NCBI GenBank assembly: GCA_043721935.1
Contig: JAYSPU010000210.1
Span: 1 to 44,353, forward strand
Origin: Bacteroidota bacterium
Lineage (GTDB): Bacteria; Bacteroidota; Bacteroidia; AKYH767-A; 2013-40CM-41-45
DNA length: 44,353 nucleotides
Direction of reading: 5' to 3'
Position 1 is the first letter of the stretch. Each line of letters starts with the position of its first letter. The notes beneath the pieces are model-generated. The model made no database searches. It worked only from the letters and a program-made list of their open reading frames with translations, and was not told the origin of the DNA. A program made the translations under genes and the position numbers. Below, piece by piece: positions 17,184 through 25,609 of this stretch.

Positions 17184-18367
17184 TGTCCTTTCAAGTAATT
17201 AAGTTCAATAATAGATTGGTTATAATTTCTGAGAACATCCATGTAACCGAGCTTTATTTCAAACGCTTGGTTGAGACTTTGCATAAATGTTATATAACTG
17301 ATCTCTCCGGCTCCATAAGATCGTTGTGCAGTATTGATAATCGTTTCTGCTTGTTTCATTCCTGTTTGCTCATAGTAATTTAAACTACTTGAATATTTAC
17401 TAAAATCACTCAATGCTTTCATATATTCTGATGAATATGTTTTTTGGGCGATGGCATATTGCGACTGCGACATTTGATATTGATATTTTGCTGCATTGAT
17501 TTGAGATGAATAAGTCCAAAACCAAAGTGGAAGTGTAATCCCATAACGCCAACGAAAAGGTGTAGGTTGTTCGGGACCAACCTGATTTAAATAGCCGATG
17601 GAAAATCCTGGAAGCAGTCTGATTTTTTGTAACTGTAAATTCTGTTTATTCACCAATGTATTCTGTTCATAATATTTAAGCAAGGGACTGAGGGGGATGG
17701 AAGTTGAATCCAAACCGATTTCAATAGGAAAATTGATTGCCGTTTTTGTAATCTCACCTGATGAACTTATGATGTTATCATTTAGACCTGTGATGAGCTG
17801 GAGTTGACGTTGCGCATTTTGCAAATCAGTTTTGGCTTGTATAAAGTAGTTTTCAATTTCTTTTGATTTTGTCTCTGCGCTCACTTTTTCAAGTAAACCG
17901 GCATCACCTGCAATAAACCGTCTTTCAACAGCAAATGAAAGTTTACGAAAAATACTATCCTGATAGGATAATTGTTTTACATGCATTTCAGCAAATTGCA
18001 TATTCAAATAAAGTGTTCGTACATCTCGCATCAGCTGCCATTTAGTTAACATTTGTTTTTGTTCTGAAAGCAATACGTTTTGCTTTCCGAGTTTGTTTTG
18101 TTGTATGTAAATAAAAGGGTTTTGAAAATTTTGCTGTACTGCAATTTCAAACATTTTTCCATACGGGGCTTCCATTCCCACACTTAGATTATCAAGATTA
18201 AAACTTCCAGCCTTGAGTGCCTTCTGCTGTTCAACCTCCTGCTGAGAAAATTGAACCTGCGGATGTGTTCGGAAAGCACTAGCAATCGCACTATCCAACG
18301 ATAGGGAAACTTGTCCTTCCGTTGAAAATGCTATTACTAAAAAAAGAAATGTAAAGTATTTTTTCAT
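17180..18367 (-). CDS. TolC-family outer membrane efflux protein (CzcC-like, system 1)
   Basis: 395 aa with a signal peptide. It starts with LSLDSAIASAFRTHPQVQ and has two coiled-coil-rich repeats typical of outer membrane factors. Confidence 0.9.
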   Translation of the reverse strand: MKKYFTFLFLVIAFSTEGQVSLSLDSAIASAFRTHPQVQFSQQEVEQQKALKAGSFNLDNLSVGMEAPYGKMFEIAVQQNFQNPFIYIQQNKLGKQNVLLSEQKQMLTKWQLMRDVRTLYLNMQFAEMHVKQLSYQDSIFRKLSFAVERRFIAGDAGLLEKVSAETKSKEIENYFIQAKTDLQNAQRQLQLITGLNDNIISSSGEITKTAINFPIEIGLDSTSIPLSPLLKYYEQNTLVNKQNLQLQKIRLLPGFSIGYLNQVGPEQPTPFRWRYGITLPLWFWTYSSQINAAKYQYQMSQSQYAIAQKTYSSEYMKALSDFSKYSSSLNYYEQTGMKQAETIINTAQRSYGAGEISYITFMQSLNQAFEIKLGYMDVLRNYNQSIIELNYLKGQ

Positions 18368-18472
18368 TGACTTAATTTATAATTTAAAAGGCGGGCATGT
18401 AATAAAAACAGATTCTGTATTTACCAATTAAAACAGTCATGCCCAATCCTTTCGTTTTGTTTATAGTTTCTA

Positions 18473-19015
18473 TCAATGTTTGTGTCCATCACCGTCATGA
18501 TGGTGTTCTTCTTTCTTCTCGACTAAATCCATCCCGCATTTTGGGCATTTTCCAGGTTTGTCATAAGCACCACCACACATAGAGCAAGTGAATGTTTTTA
18601 CCTTAACAGCTTTGAATTTTGAAGTAACTGTTTTTCCATTAACTTTAAATGTTACCAAGCATGAAGTAAACATTGCTGCCTTATCATTAGCTACTGAAAA
18701 ACCATTATCTCCACTAGCAACTAGAGTAACGTTTGCCGATGTTTTATCCGCAAATTGGAAAATAGCTGTACCTGTAACACCTTTATTACTCATAGGTTTG
18801 GCATTATCGTCCAATAGGTAAATCGATATTTTGCCATCCTTGTTCAAAAGTTCTACATGATATGGATCTGCTTCTTGAACAGTTCCTTTATGTGGCCCCA
18901 TGCCTTGTTCTCCTACGTGGTGGTTTTCTTCTTTGCCCTTTTCTTGAGCTGAAGAAACACTAGCTCCGATTGTTAATAACAGAGCGATTAGTGTAATTGA
19001 TTTTAATGTTTTCAT
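18473..19015 (-). CDS. periplasmic metal-binding protein with C-terminal heavy-metal-binding domain and His-rich tail
   Basis: 180 aa with a signal peptide. It contains HHVGEQGMGPHKGTVQEADPYHVELL. The C-terminal FTCSMCGGAYDKPGKCPKCGMDLVEK is a variant of the YxCPMHP...CxxCGM domain, and the tail is EEHHHDGDGHKH. Confidence 0.8.
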   Translation of the reverse strand: MKTLKSITLIALLLTIGASVSSAQEKGKEENHHVGEQGMGPHKGTVQEADPYHVELLNKDGKISIYLLDDNAKPMSNKGVTGTAIFQFADKTSANVTLVASGDNGFSVANDKAAMFTSCLVTFKVNGKTVTSKFKAVKVKTFTCSMCGGAYDKPGKCPKCGMDLVEKKEEHHHDGDGHKH

Positions 19016-19180
19016 TTTTTTAGATTTTTATAGTTAATGATTATTTTAATTAAGGATAATATATTGTAATTTTTTTGTGTAAAGAATCAACTGCATTTTT
19101 CAGATGTGATTCTCTATAAGGAGACAAAAGATCTATCTTGATTGTTTAGGATTAATACATTGGTTGTTTTAAAAAAAATT

Positions 19181-20236
19181 CTACATTTTCATTTCCTTCA
19201 TTTCCTTCATTTCAACTCCTTCATTTTTCATTTTTGCAATTTCTTCCACAGTGCCTTCTTTCACTATAATGACAAAATCAACTGTATGCAAATTATCATC
19301 AGCTTTAAATTGTATCCACCCCCGATATATACCAGGCTTTTCAAATGTAGTATGCAAATCAAATTTGCCTTTTTCTACTCCGGGATGAACATGTAGATAA
19401 TTTTTTTCATCCAAACCAATTACAACCATGTGAGCTTTAGCACCGAGGTAGTCGCCCAATAAATTCGCATCCATTTCTTTCCCTTTATTCTTTAGAATAC
19501 CACTAATGTGCATAAGGCCGCCCGTTATAAATTTTCCGCCTTTTGGTTCAAGAGTAATTGAATAATTATCCGAAGTTCCGCTCAATTTTTCGGTCGTAAA
19601 CTTTTTAGAAGTGTGAGCCTTTCCCAAAACAGTCAGATTAATTTTATCGACTGTATGATTTCCTCCCGTTGGCTTATAATCTGCATATAAAATATAATTG
19701 CCACCTTTTTCAAATTTGGTTTCTTGCTTACCTTTTTTGTCGGTGTATTCACTCTCTTTTGATAAAACTTTAATTTCGTAATCTCCGCTTGCTTTATATT
19801 CAGGATGAATATGTTCAAAGTAGCTCAAATCTTCGCTTACAATAATCAAATGTATTTTCTTTTCATGCTCCAAATCCAATGGAACCGGCTCATTAGCTCC
19901 GCCTTTTATTTTAGGTTTGAAGTAAAACGTACATTCTTTTCCCGCTTCCGGTTTTTCAGTGGAAGTCTTAAAATCCATAAAATAGGAGACATTATTTACC
20001 TTTCCAACATTATCATTATGTTCTAATTTCATCCCACATTTAGAACAAATACCTTCCTCTGCGCTTGTTATTTCAGGATGCATTGGACAAGCGTATATAT
20101 GGCCTCCTTCTTGATGCTGTTCGACTGCAGAATGCTCGTTGGATAATTCTTCTTTTTTATTATTATGACTTTCGTTGCCGCAACTAGCCATTATACTGGT
20201 CGAAACAAACAGAATTATATATTTCATTTTTTTCAT
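19181..20236 (-). CDS. lipoprotein with N-terminal heavy-metal-binding domain and two Ig-like (YtkA/FixH-like) repeats
   Basis: I prefer the start at 20236 (MKKMKYIILFVSTSIMASCG, with a lipobox). It contains YACPMHPEITSAEEGICSKCGMKLE. The motifs HEKKIHLIIVSEDLSYFEHIHP and AHMVVIGLDEKNYLHVHP repeat. The Met-rich tail is MKNEGVEMKEMKEMKM. Confidence 0.8.
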   Translation of the reverse strand: MKKMKYIILFVSTSIMASCGNESHNNKKEELSNEHSAVEQHQEGGHIYACPMHPEITSAEEGICSKCGMKLEHNDNVGKVNNVSYFMDFKTSTEKPEAGKECTFYFKPKIKGGANEPVPLDLEHEKKIHLIIVSEDLSYFEHIHPEYKASGDYEIKVLSKESEYTDKKGKQETKFEKGGNYILYADYKPTGGNHTVDKINLTVLGKAHTSKKFTTEKLSGTSDNYSITLEPKGGKFITGGLMHISGILKNKGKEMDANLLGDYLGAKAHMVVIGLDEKNYLHVHPGVEKGKFDLHTTFEKPGIYRGWIQFKADDNLHTVDFVIIVKEGTVEEIAKMKNEGVEMKEMKEMKM

Positions 20237-20256
20237 TGCTTTATTTTTACTGATGG

Positions 20257-20379
20257 TTAGATTGACTTTAAAATAACAAATGCAACTATTGATATCAGCG
20301 CTACATACACTATAATCTTCCAATATTTATTAAAATTATTTGGAACAGGCTCGTCTCCTGTTTTGCAACATTCTTTCAT
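20257..20379 (-). CDS. unannotated 40-aa small membrane protein with vicinal Cys pair
   Basis: My own translation of the minus strand gives ATG (20377-20379) MKECCKTGDEPVPNNFNKYWKIIVYVALISIVAFVILKSI, stop TAA (20257-20259). It has an N-terminal CC motif and one TM helix. It ends 20 nt upstream of the next gene in the operon and is below the ORF-track size cutoff. Confidence 0.4.
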   Translation of the reverse strand: MKECCKTGDEPVPNNFNKYWKIIVYVALISIVAFVILKSI

Positions 20380-20480
20380 TTAGACTAACTAAGAAGTGAA
20401 TTAATATCTTTAGATATAAAGAACAATTTAAAGTTTAGACAATAGCTTAGCTTCCCCTACAATTAGGAGAAAAGAAAAAA

Positions 20481-20924
20481 TCAAATAATAAATGAATTTA
20501 CAAAAACCCGAATGTCAGGTATTTTAGGAGGCGGTAATGAATAGGAAATATGACCTTTAGAATTATATACAGTTTGGTTACAAATGAAAAATGCTGTATT
20601 AATAAAAGCCACCACTATATGAGTATTCTTAAAATTAACAGATGATGTTGAATGAGTGCTTTGATTCGCAAAAAAGTCTGAAGTTTTATCATTGCAGCAA
20701 CTACCCTTTTTTTCACTTTTCTCATTATGTTGATGATCCGATTTATCGTCGTGATGATGGGGTGGGACTTCTTCATTACCATCATGATCATTATGATGTG
20801 CTATTTCCGTTTGCTCGAATAAATGTGATAGATTACATGCAGCTTGTGTGATAAAAACGTTTAAGTATGCAACAAGAAATATTGCTGCATACTTAAACGA
20901 TTTTATTTCTAGACGGCTATTCAC
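20481..20924 (-). CDS. small single-TM Cys/His-rich protein heading the system 1 cluster
   Basis: 147 aa, starting with GTG at 20924 and with no internal Met. It has an N-terminal TM YAAIFLVAYLNVFI, then HHNDHDGNEEVPPHHHDDKSDHQHNEKSEKKGSCCNDK, and a C-terminal LPPPKIP. The layout is similar to the protein at 38000-38323. Confidence 0.5.
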   Translation of the reverse strand: MNSRLEIKSFKYAAIFLVAYLNVFITQAACNLSHLFEQTEIAHHNDHDGNEEVPPHHHDDKSDHQHNEKSEKKGSCCNDKTSDFFANQSTHSTSSVNFKNTHIVVAFINTAFFICNQTVYNSKGHISYSLPPPKIPDIRVFVNSFII

Positions 20925-21229
20925 TTTTGGTTATAACTGTAAAAATACAGAATAATTGAATATGCAACAAGATTAATATAAAACTGAATTTTGCACCATC
21001 GTATATTAATATAAATACACTGAAATTGTTTTAAGGTAACGAGAGTTATTGAATCAGAACCTGTTTTCAAGTTGACTTTCACTACTCTCTTTTTCATTCC
21101 AAAATGGAAATTAGCCAAATAAAAGGCTTTTATTATATATTGATGAAATTTGAATGATTTTTATAGGGTTTGATTATTTGTTTACATTCGTATTAAATAA
21201 TTAGACTAAAACAATTTGAAACCACTGTC

Positions 21230-23281
21230 ATGAAAAAAAAACTACTCATTGCACTAATAATGATTTTATGTCATTCTGCTAAATCTCAATGTTTACCGGG
21301 AGAAGTAGAAGTAACTTTAACAGTATACACTGATGATTGGGGTTATGAGGGTTATTGGCAAATAGTTCCTACCGGAAATACTTGCGGTATTGGAACAATC
21401 GCAAGCGGCGGTAATAATCTCGTGGGATGTAACGGTGGCGGCGCACAATCAGTGACTTCAGGTGGTTATCCAAATATGGCTACAATTTCAGAAGGACCGT
21501 GGTGTCTCACTCAAGGAGCAAGTTTCGATCTTATTTTTGTAGATGATTATGGTGATGGTGGTTCTTCATTTACCATCTCAATAAATGGCCTACCTGTTTA
21601 TTCCGGACTTTCCGGTACGGGAAATGGAAGTGGCACCCGTTTTACGTTTGTCGCTCAAGGACCACCTTCTTTGGATCTTGCATGTGAAAAGATAATATCC
21701 CCTGTTTATGTTAACATTGGAAATGTTGATGTAGCCGGAACGTTTATGAACCGAGGTTCAGATACGATCACCAACATGACTATAAATTACTCTATTGATA
21801 ATGGAGTAGTTAATAATGCCTCTCTTACAGGGTTAAATATATTTCCTTTTACTAACTATTCTGTTATTCATCCTACCCAATGGCAAACTTTATCAAATGG
21901 TGCTTACTCAGTGAAAATGTGGGCATCAGATATTAATGGCAGTGTCGATTCCAATATGGTGAATGATACCGCTACTAAAATAATTAATGTTGGCCCTCCC
22001 ACTCCAAATTATATCGATGAATACATTGGCTCAACACCCGTTCTTACTGTAATTGGTAATTCTTCAAATGGAGTTTTAATTCCCCGTGATCTTGATTTCC
22101 ATCCGATACTCACTCGAAATGAATTGTGGGTAGTGTTAAAAAGTACAGAAGCGAGTGGCGGTAAGACTGTAAAATTTAGTAATGCAGGCCTTCCCGGACA
22201 AACTTCTTTGTTGCAACAAGATGGAAACGCATATCACTTCATGTCTCTTCCTACCGGTATTGCTTTTAGCGATAATGAAAATTTTTGTACTTCTCCCGGA
22301 GTATATGATGCAAATCATGACGGAGGCGCTCCATTTACCGGCCCTGCTTTATGGTCCAGTGATCCTTCAATTTATGCTCAGCCTTCGGGTGGTAACGGAA
22401 GTCATATTGATATGCTTCATCAAAGTCCATATTCAATGGGAGTATGTTCTGAGCGAGATAATGCATTTTGGATCTTCGACGGCAATGCTAATGAAATTGT
22501 ACGATATGACTTTGCTAGCGACCATGGCCCCGGAAACAGTGATCATAGCGATGGGATCATAAGACGTTTTTCAGGATTAGGTTTGATGGCTGATCCTAAC
22601 CACAATGTTCCAAGTCACATAATTCTAGATAAGGAAACGGGAATTCTGTATATCGTTGATACCGGAAATGATAGAATATTGAGAATGGATATTAATACAG
22701 GAAGTTTTACAAATAATCTTACTCCATACGAACCAGTTTCAGAATATTCAACTTGGGGTGGCGCTTCGTTTAACCTCTTTGCTGATTCCGCATTGACAAC
22801 TCCTAGTGGCATTGACTTCATAGGAAACCGACTGATCGTTTCTGATTATGCTACAGGTGATATTATTATTTATGATAAATCGAATGTAACAGGCATTGAA
22901 CTGGGAAGAATTTCGACAGGCACACCCGGAATTATGGGAGTTAAAATTGGACCTGATGGTAAAATTTGGTATGTAAATGCAACCACCAATCAGGTAGTCA
23001 GAATAGATGGAATTACAGCAGGGATTTCAGAAAGCAAAATGCCAAGAAATATAAATTTATTTCCAAATCCCGCATCATCTGATTTCACAATCACATCTAA
23101 TTCATTGCTGAATGATTGCTCAATAAAAATTTATGATGCAGCAGGTAAATTGGTTAAGGAAATTCAAGGCGCCAACTCGCAATCAATTATAGTTTCAATA
23201 AACAATTTTGCAAGTGGAATTTACACCGTTCAATTAGTGACCAATTCTGAAATTATAACAAAAAAATTAATTAAACAATAA
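21230..23281 (+). CDS. T9SS-sorted secreted protein with NHL/beta-propeller-like repeats
   Basis: 683 aa with a signal peptide. Repeats such as LYIVDTGNDRILRMD, RLIVSDYATGDIIIYD and KIWYVNATTNQVVRIDG are present. The C-terminal LFPNPASSDFTITS...GIYTVQLV...KKLIKQ is a T9SS CTD. Confidence 0.85.
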   Translation: MKKKLLIALIMILCHSAKSQCLPGEVEVTLTVYTDDWGYEGYWQIVPTGNTCGIGTIASGGNNLVGCNGGGAQSVTSGGYPNMATISEGPWCLTQGASFDLIFVDDYGDGGSSFTISINGLPVYSGLSGTGNGSGTRFTFVAQGPPSLDLACEKIISPVYVNIGNVDVAGTFMNRGSDTITNMTINYSIDNGVVNNASLTGLNIFPFTNYSVIHPTQWQTLSNGAYSVKMWASDINGSVDSNMVNDTATKIINVGPPTPNYIDEYIGSTPVLTVIGNSSNGVLIPRDLDFHPILTRNELWVVLKSTEASGGKTVKFSNAGLPGQTSLLQQDGNAYHFMSLPTGIAFSDNENFCTSPGVYDANHDGGAPFTGPALWSSDPSIYAQPSGGNGSHIDMLHQSPYSMGVCSERDNAFWIFDGNANEIVRYDFASDHGPGNSDHSDGIIRRFSGLGLMADPNHNVPSHIILDKETGILYIVDTGNDRILRMDINTGSFTNNLTPYEPVSEYSTWGGASFNLFADSALTTPSGIDFIGNRLIVSDYATGDIIIYDKSNVTGIELGRISTGTPGIMGVKIGPDGKIWYVNATTNQVVRIDGITAGISESKMPRNINLFPNPASSDFTITSNSLLNDCSIKIYDAAGKLVKEIQGANSQSIIVSINNFASGIYTVQLVTNSEIITKKLIKQ

Positions 23282-23348
23282 ATCAATCAACCATTAATCA
23301 AATCTAGTACTTTGGCTTTATAACTATTTCACTAGACTATATAAAATT

Positions 23349-23383
23349 AAGAAAGAGCGATGAGTCAAACACCGCTCTTTCTT
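23349..23383 (+). terminator. intrinsic terminator
   Basis: AAGAAAGAGCG (23349-23359) pairs perfectly with CGCTCTTTCTT (23373-23383). It lies 68 nt after the stop at 23281. Confidence 0.5.
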
Positions 23384-23455
23384 TCGTTAATTTATCTCTG
23401 ATTTTTTAAAAAACAGCTCATAACTTTGTTTAATAATTAAACAAAAAAATGTAAA

Positions 23456-25603
23456 ATGAAAAATAAAATCTACTTAACAACCTGTCTCATATTGATTGTT
23501 GCATTTTCAAATGCACAAACCTCTAACAAGTGTGGCACAATGGAGCACCATACGTGGAAAATGCAAACTGATTCCAAATATGCAGAGTCTTTTAAGCTGT
23601 CTGAAAATTTGATAAATAAATTTATAGAAAAAAATAATAACCACAATTCTAACAGGATTTCAAATCAGACAAGTCCTGATACCATTCCAATTGTAGTTCA
23701 CGTTGTCTGGAAAACATCAGGTCAAAATATTACTGATCAGCAGGTGATCTCGCAGATTGATGCTCTTAATGAGGACTTCTCAAGAACAAATGCAGACTCA
23801 ATAAATACGCCTGCAGTCTGGCGCCCTATTGCGGGCAGGATGCCATATCATTTTATTCTTGCCAGAAGAGATCCGAATGGGAATCCAACTAATGGTATTG
23901 TAAGGGTACAAACTTCCAGCAATTCTTTTTCGACAAACGATGCGATCAAGTTTAATTCTCAAGGTGGATCAGACGCATGGGATGTGGATACGTACTTAAA
24001 TATATGGGTAGGAAATCTAAGTGGCGGTGTTCTTGGTTATGGTGAATTTCCAACAACAGTTTCAAGTAATACTTATGGTTTTGTATGCCAGTATGATGCT
24101 TTTGGAAGAGTGGGAAATGTAAATCCTCCTTACGATCTAGGTAGAACTACAACTCACGAAATTAGCCATTGTTTCAATCTCTTTCATATTTGGGGAGATG
24201 ATGGAGGGGCATGTAACGGAAGTGATCAGGTAAGTGACACACCCAATCAGTCTGATGCAACTTTCGGTTGCCTGGCTTTTCCTGCAGTGGACGCTTGTTC
24301 TGTAACATCACCCGGTATCATGTTTATGAATTACATGGATTACAGCGACGACAACTGTTTAAATATGTTTACTAATGGACAAACAACAAGGATGGTTGCA
24401 GCTGTTACAAATTTTTATCCTTCAATTGTTAATTCAATAGGAATTCAACCTGTTAGTCTTTTAGCTATTGATGCCGGTATAAATTCTATTGTTTCGCCTT
24501 CTAATAACTATTGTACCGATTCCATACAACCTATGATAATCCTTAAAAATTGGGGATCATCGAACTTGACTTCTGCTACTATAAATTTTAAGTTGGATAA
24601 TAATGCTGTTCAAACTTTTTCCTGGACCGGAGCTCTTGGATCTCTCGATACAATAACCGTTTTATTGCCGATTATTGTTTCTTCACCCGGTAGCCACACG
24701 TTTATTTCTTACACGACAATTCCAAATGGAATAGCCGATATGAATAACCTTAATGACACTTCCTCTTCGACTTTTAATATTATTTCTATAGGGCAGAATT
24801 TACCTTACACCCAGAATTTTTCAAATATAACATTCCCACCTTCAGGATGGTCCCTGACTAATCCTGACGGAGCAACTACTTGGGCTAGATCATCCGTAAG
24901 TCAGGATGCAAATCCAGGGTCGCTATGGATGGACAATTATAATTACAATGCATCCGGTGAAATCGATGAGTTGGAAACAGAAGCGTATGATCTTACATCA
25001 ATTGCAAATCCTAGATTTAGTTTTTATTTGGCTTATAAGCTCTATACTGACCCTGCACTCAATCCCAACTACTCAGATACATTAGAAGTTCTTATAAGTA
25101 CTGATTGTGGACAAACCTTTACATCCATTTATAAAAAATTTGGAATCCCTCTGACTACTACTACTCCTACATGGGCAAATAATCAATTCGTTCCTACTGC
25201 AGCGCAATGGCGTCAGGAAATAATTGATCTTTTACCTTTTGCGGCAATTCAGAATGCTGTATTCAAATTTCGGAATATTACTCAATACGAAAACCACTTG
25301 TATATTGATAATATTAACATTGATTTTATAACAAGTGTTGAAGCAATCAACAAACAATTTACTCCGCAAATTTACCCCAATCCTACTTCCGGAAAAATTA
25401 ACATTTTATTTTCGGAACCCGTCAACGAATTATATAAGATAGAAATTTATAATTCTATCGGACAAAATGTTTTTACAAAAAAGAATGTAGCTGATTTCGA
25501 AAAAACTCAAATTGACTTAAATGGAATTGCGGATGGTGTTTATACTATAAATATTATTTCGGGAAAATATTCTTATAAAGGAAAATTAATTATACAAAAT
25601 TAA
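23456..25603 (+). CDS. M43 (pappalysin/ulilysin-type) zinc metalloprotease with T9SS C-terminal sorting domain
   Basis: 715 aa with a signal peptide. The motifs are HEISHCFNLFHIWGDD (HExxHxxxxxH) and MNYMDYSDD (Met-turn region). A surface-domain region LPYTQNFSNITFPPSGWSL follows. The C-terminal IYPNPTSGKINILF...GVYTINII...GKLIIQN is a T9SS CTD. A TAACTTTG box lies at 23421-23428. Confidence 0.9.
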   Translation: MKNKIYLTTCLILIVAFSNAQTSNKCGTMEHHTWKMQTDSKYAESFKLSENLINKFIEKNNNHNSNRISNQTSPDTIPIVVHVVWKTSGQNITDQQVISQIDALNEDFSRTNADSINTPAVWRPIAGRMPYHFILARRDPNGNPTNGIVRVQTSSNSFSTNDAIKFNSQGGSDAWDVDTYLNIWVGNLSGGVLGYGEFPTTVSSNTYGFVCQYDAFGRVGNVNPPYDLGRTTTHEISHCFNLFHIWGDDGGACNGSDQVSDTPNQSDATFGCLAFPAVDACSVTSPGIMFMNYMDYSDDNCLNMFTNGQTTRMVAAVTNFYPSIVNSIGIQPVSLLAIDAGINSIVSPSNNYCTDSIQPMIILKNWGSSNLTSATINFKLDNNAVQTFSWTGALGSLDTITVLLPIIVSSPGSHTFISYTTIPNGIADMNNLNDTSSSTFNIISIGQNLPYTQNFSNITFPPSGWSLTNPDGATTWARSSVSQDANPGSLWMDNYNYNASGEIDELETEAYDLTSIANPRFSFYLAYKLYTDPALNPNYSDTLEVLISTDCGQTFTSIYKKFGIPLTTTTPTWANNQFVPTAAQWRQEIIDLLPFAAIQNAVFKFRNITQYENHLYIDNINIDFITSVEAINKQFTPQIYPNPTSGKINILFSEPVNELYKIEIYNSIGQNVFTKKNVADFEKTQIDLNGIADGVYTINIISGKYSYKGKLIIQN

Positions 25604-25609
25604 TTGCGG

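Noticed and set aside
19142-19396. 84-aa plus-strand ORF, and a tandem 9-nt repeat CATTTCCTT at about 19187-19212.
   Set aside because: The ORF is the antisense of the lipoprotein gene's 3' end. The repeat simply encodes the Met-rich tail (MKEMKEMKM) on the minus strand, so it is coding rather than regulatory or CRISPR-like. Slippage could vary the tail length, but nothing here shows that it does.
20237-20323. N-terminal extensions given by the ORF track: 20237-20323, 7778-7831, 39431-39463, 42161-42214 and 43398-43454.
   Set aside because: In each case an internal ATG yields a canonical signal peptide or lipobox, or for 7778-7831 the start of the Cys-rich domain. That start also removes or reduces overlap with the upstream gene, and the extension residues look non-coding.
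20921-21118. 65-aa minus-strand ORF upstream of the 147-aa gene.
   Set aside because: It lies in the AT-rich divergent promoter region, its translation is low-complexity, and it has no signal or motif.
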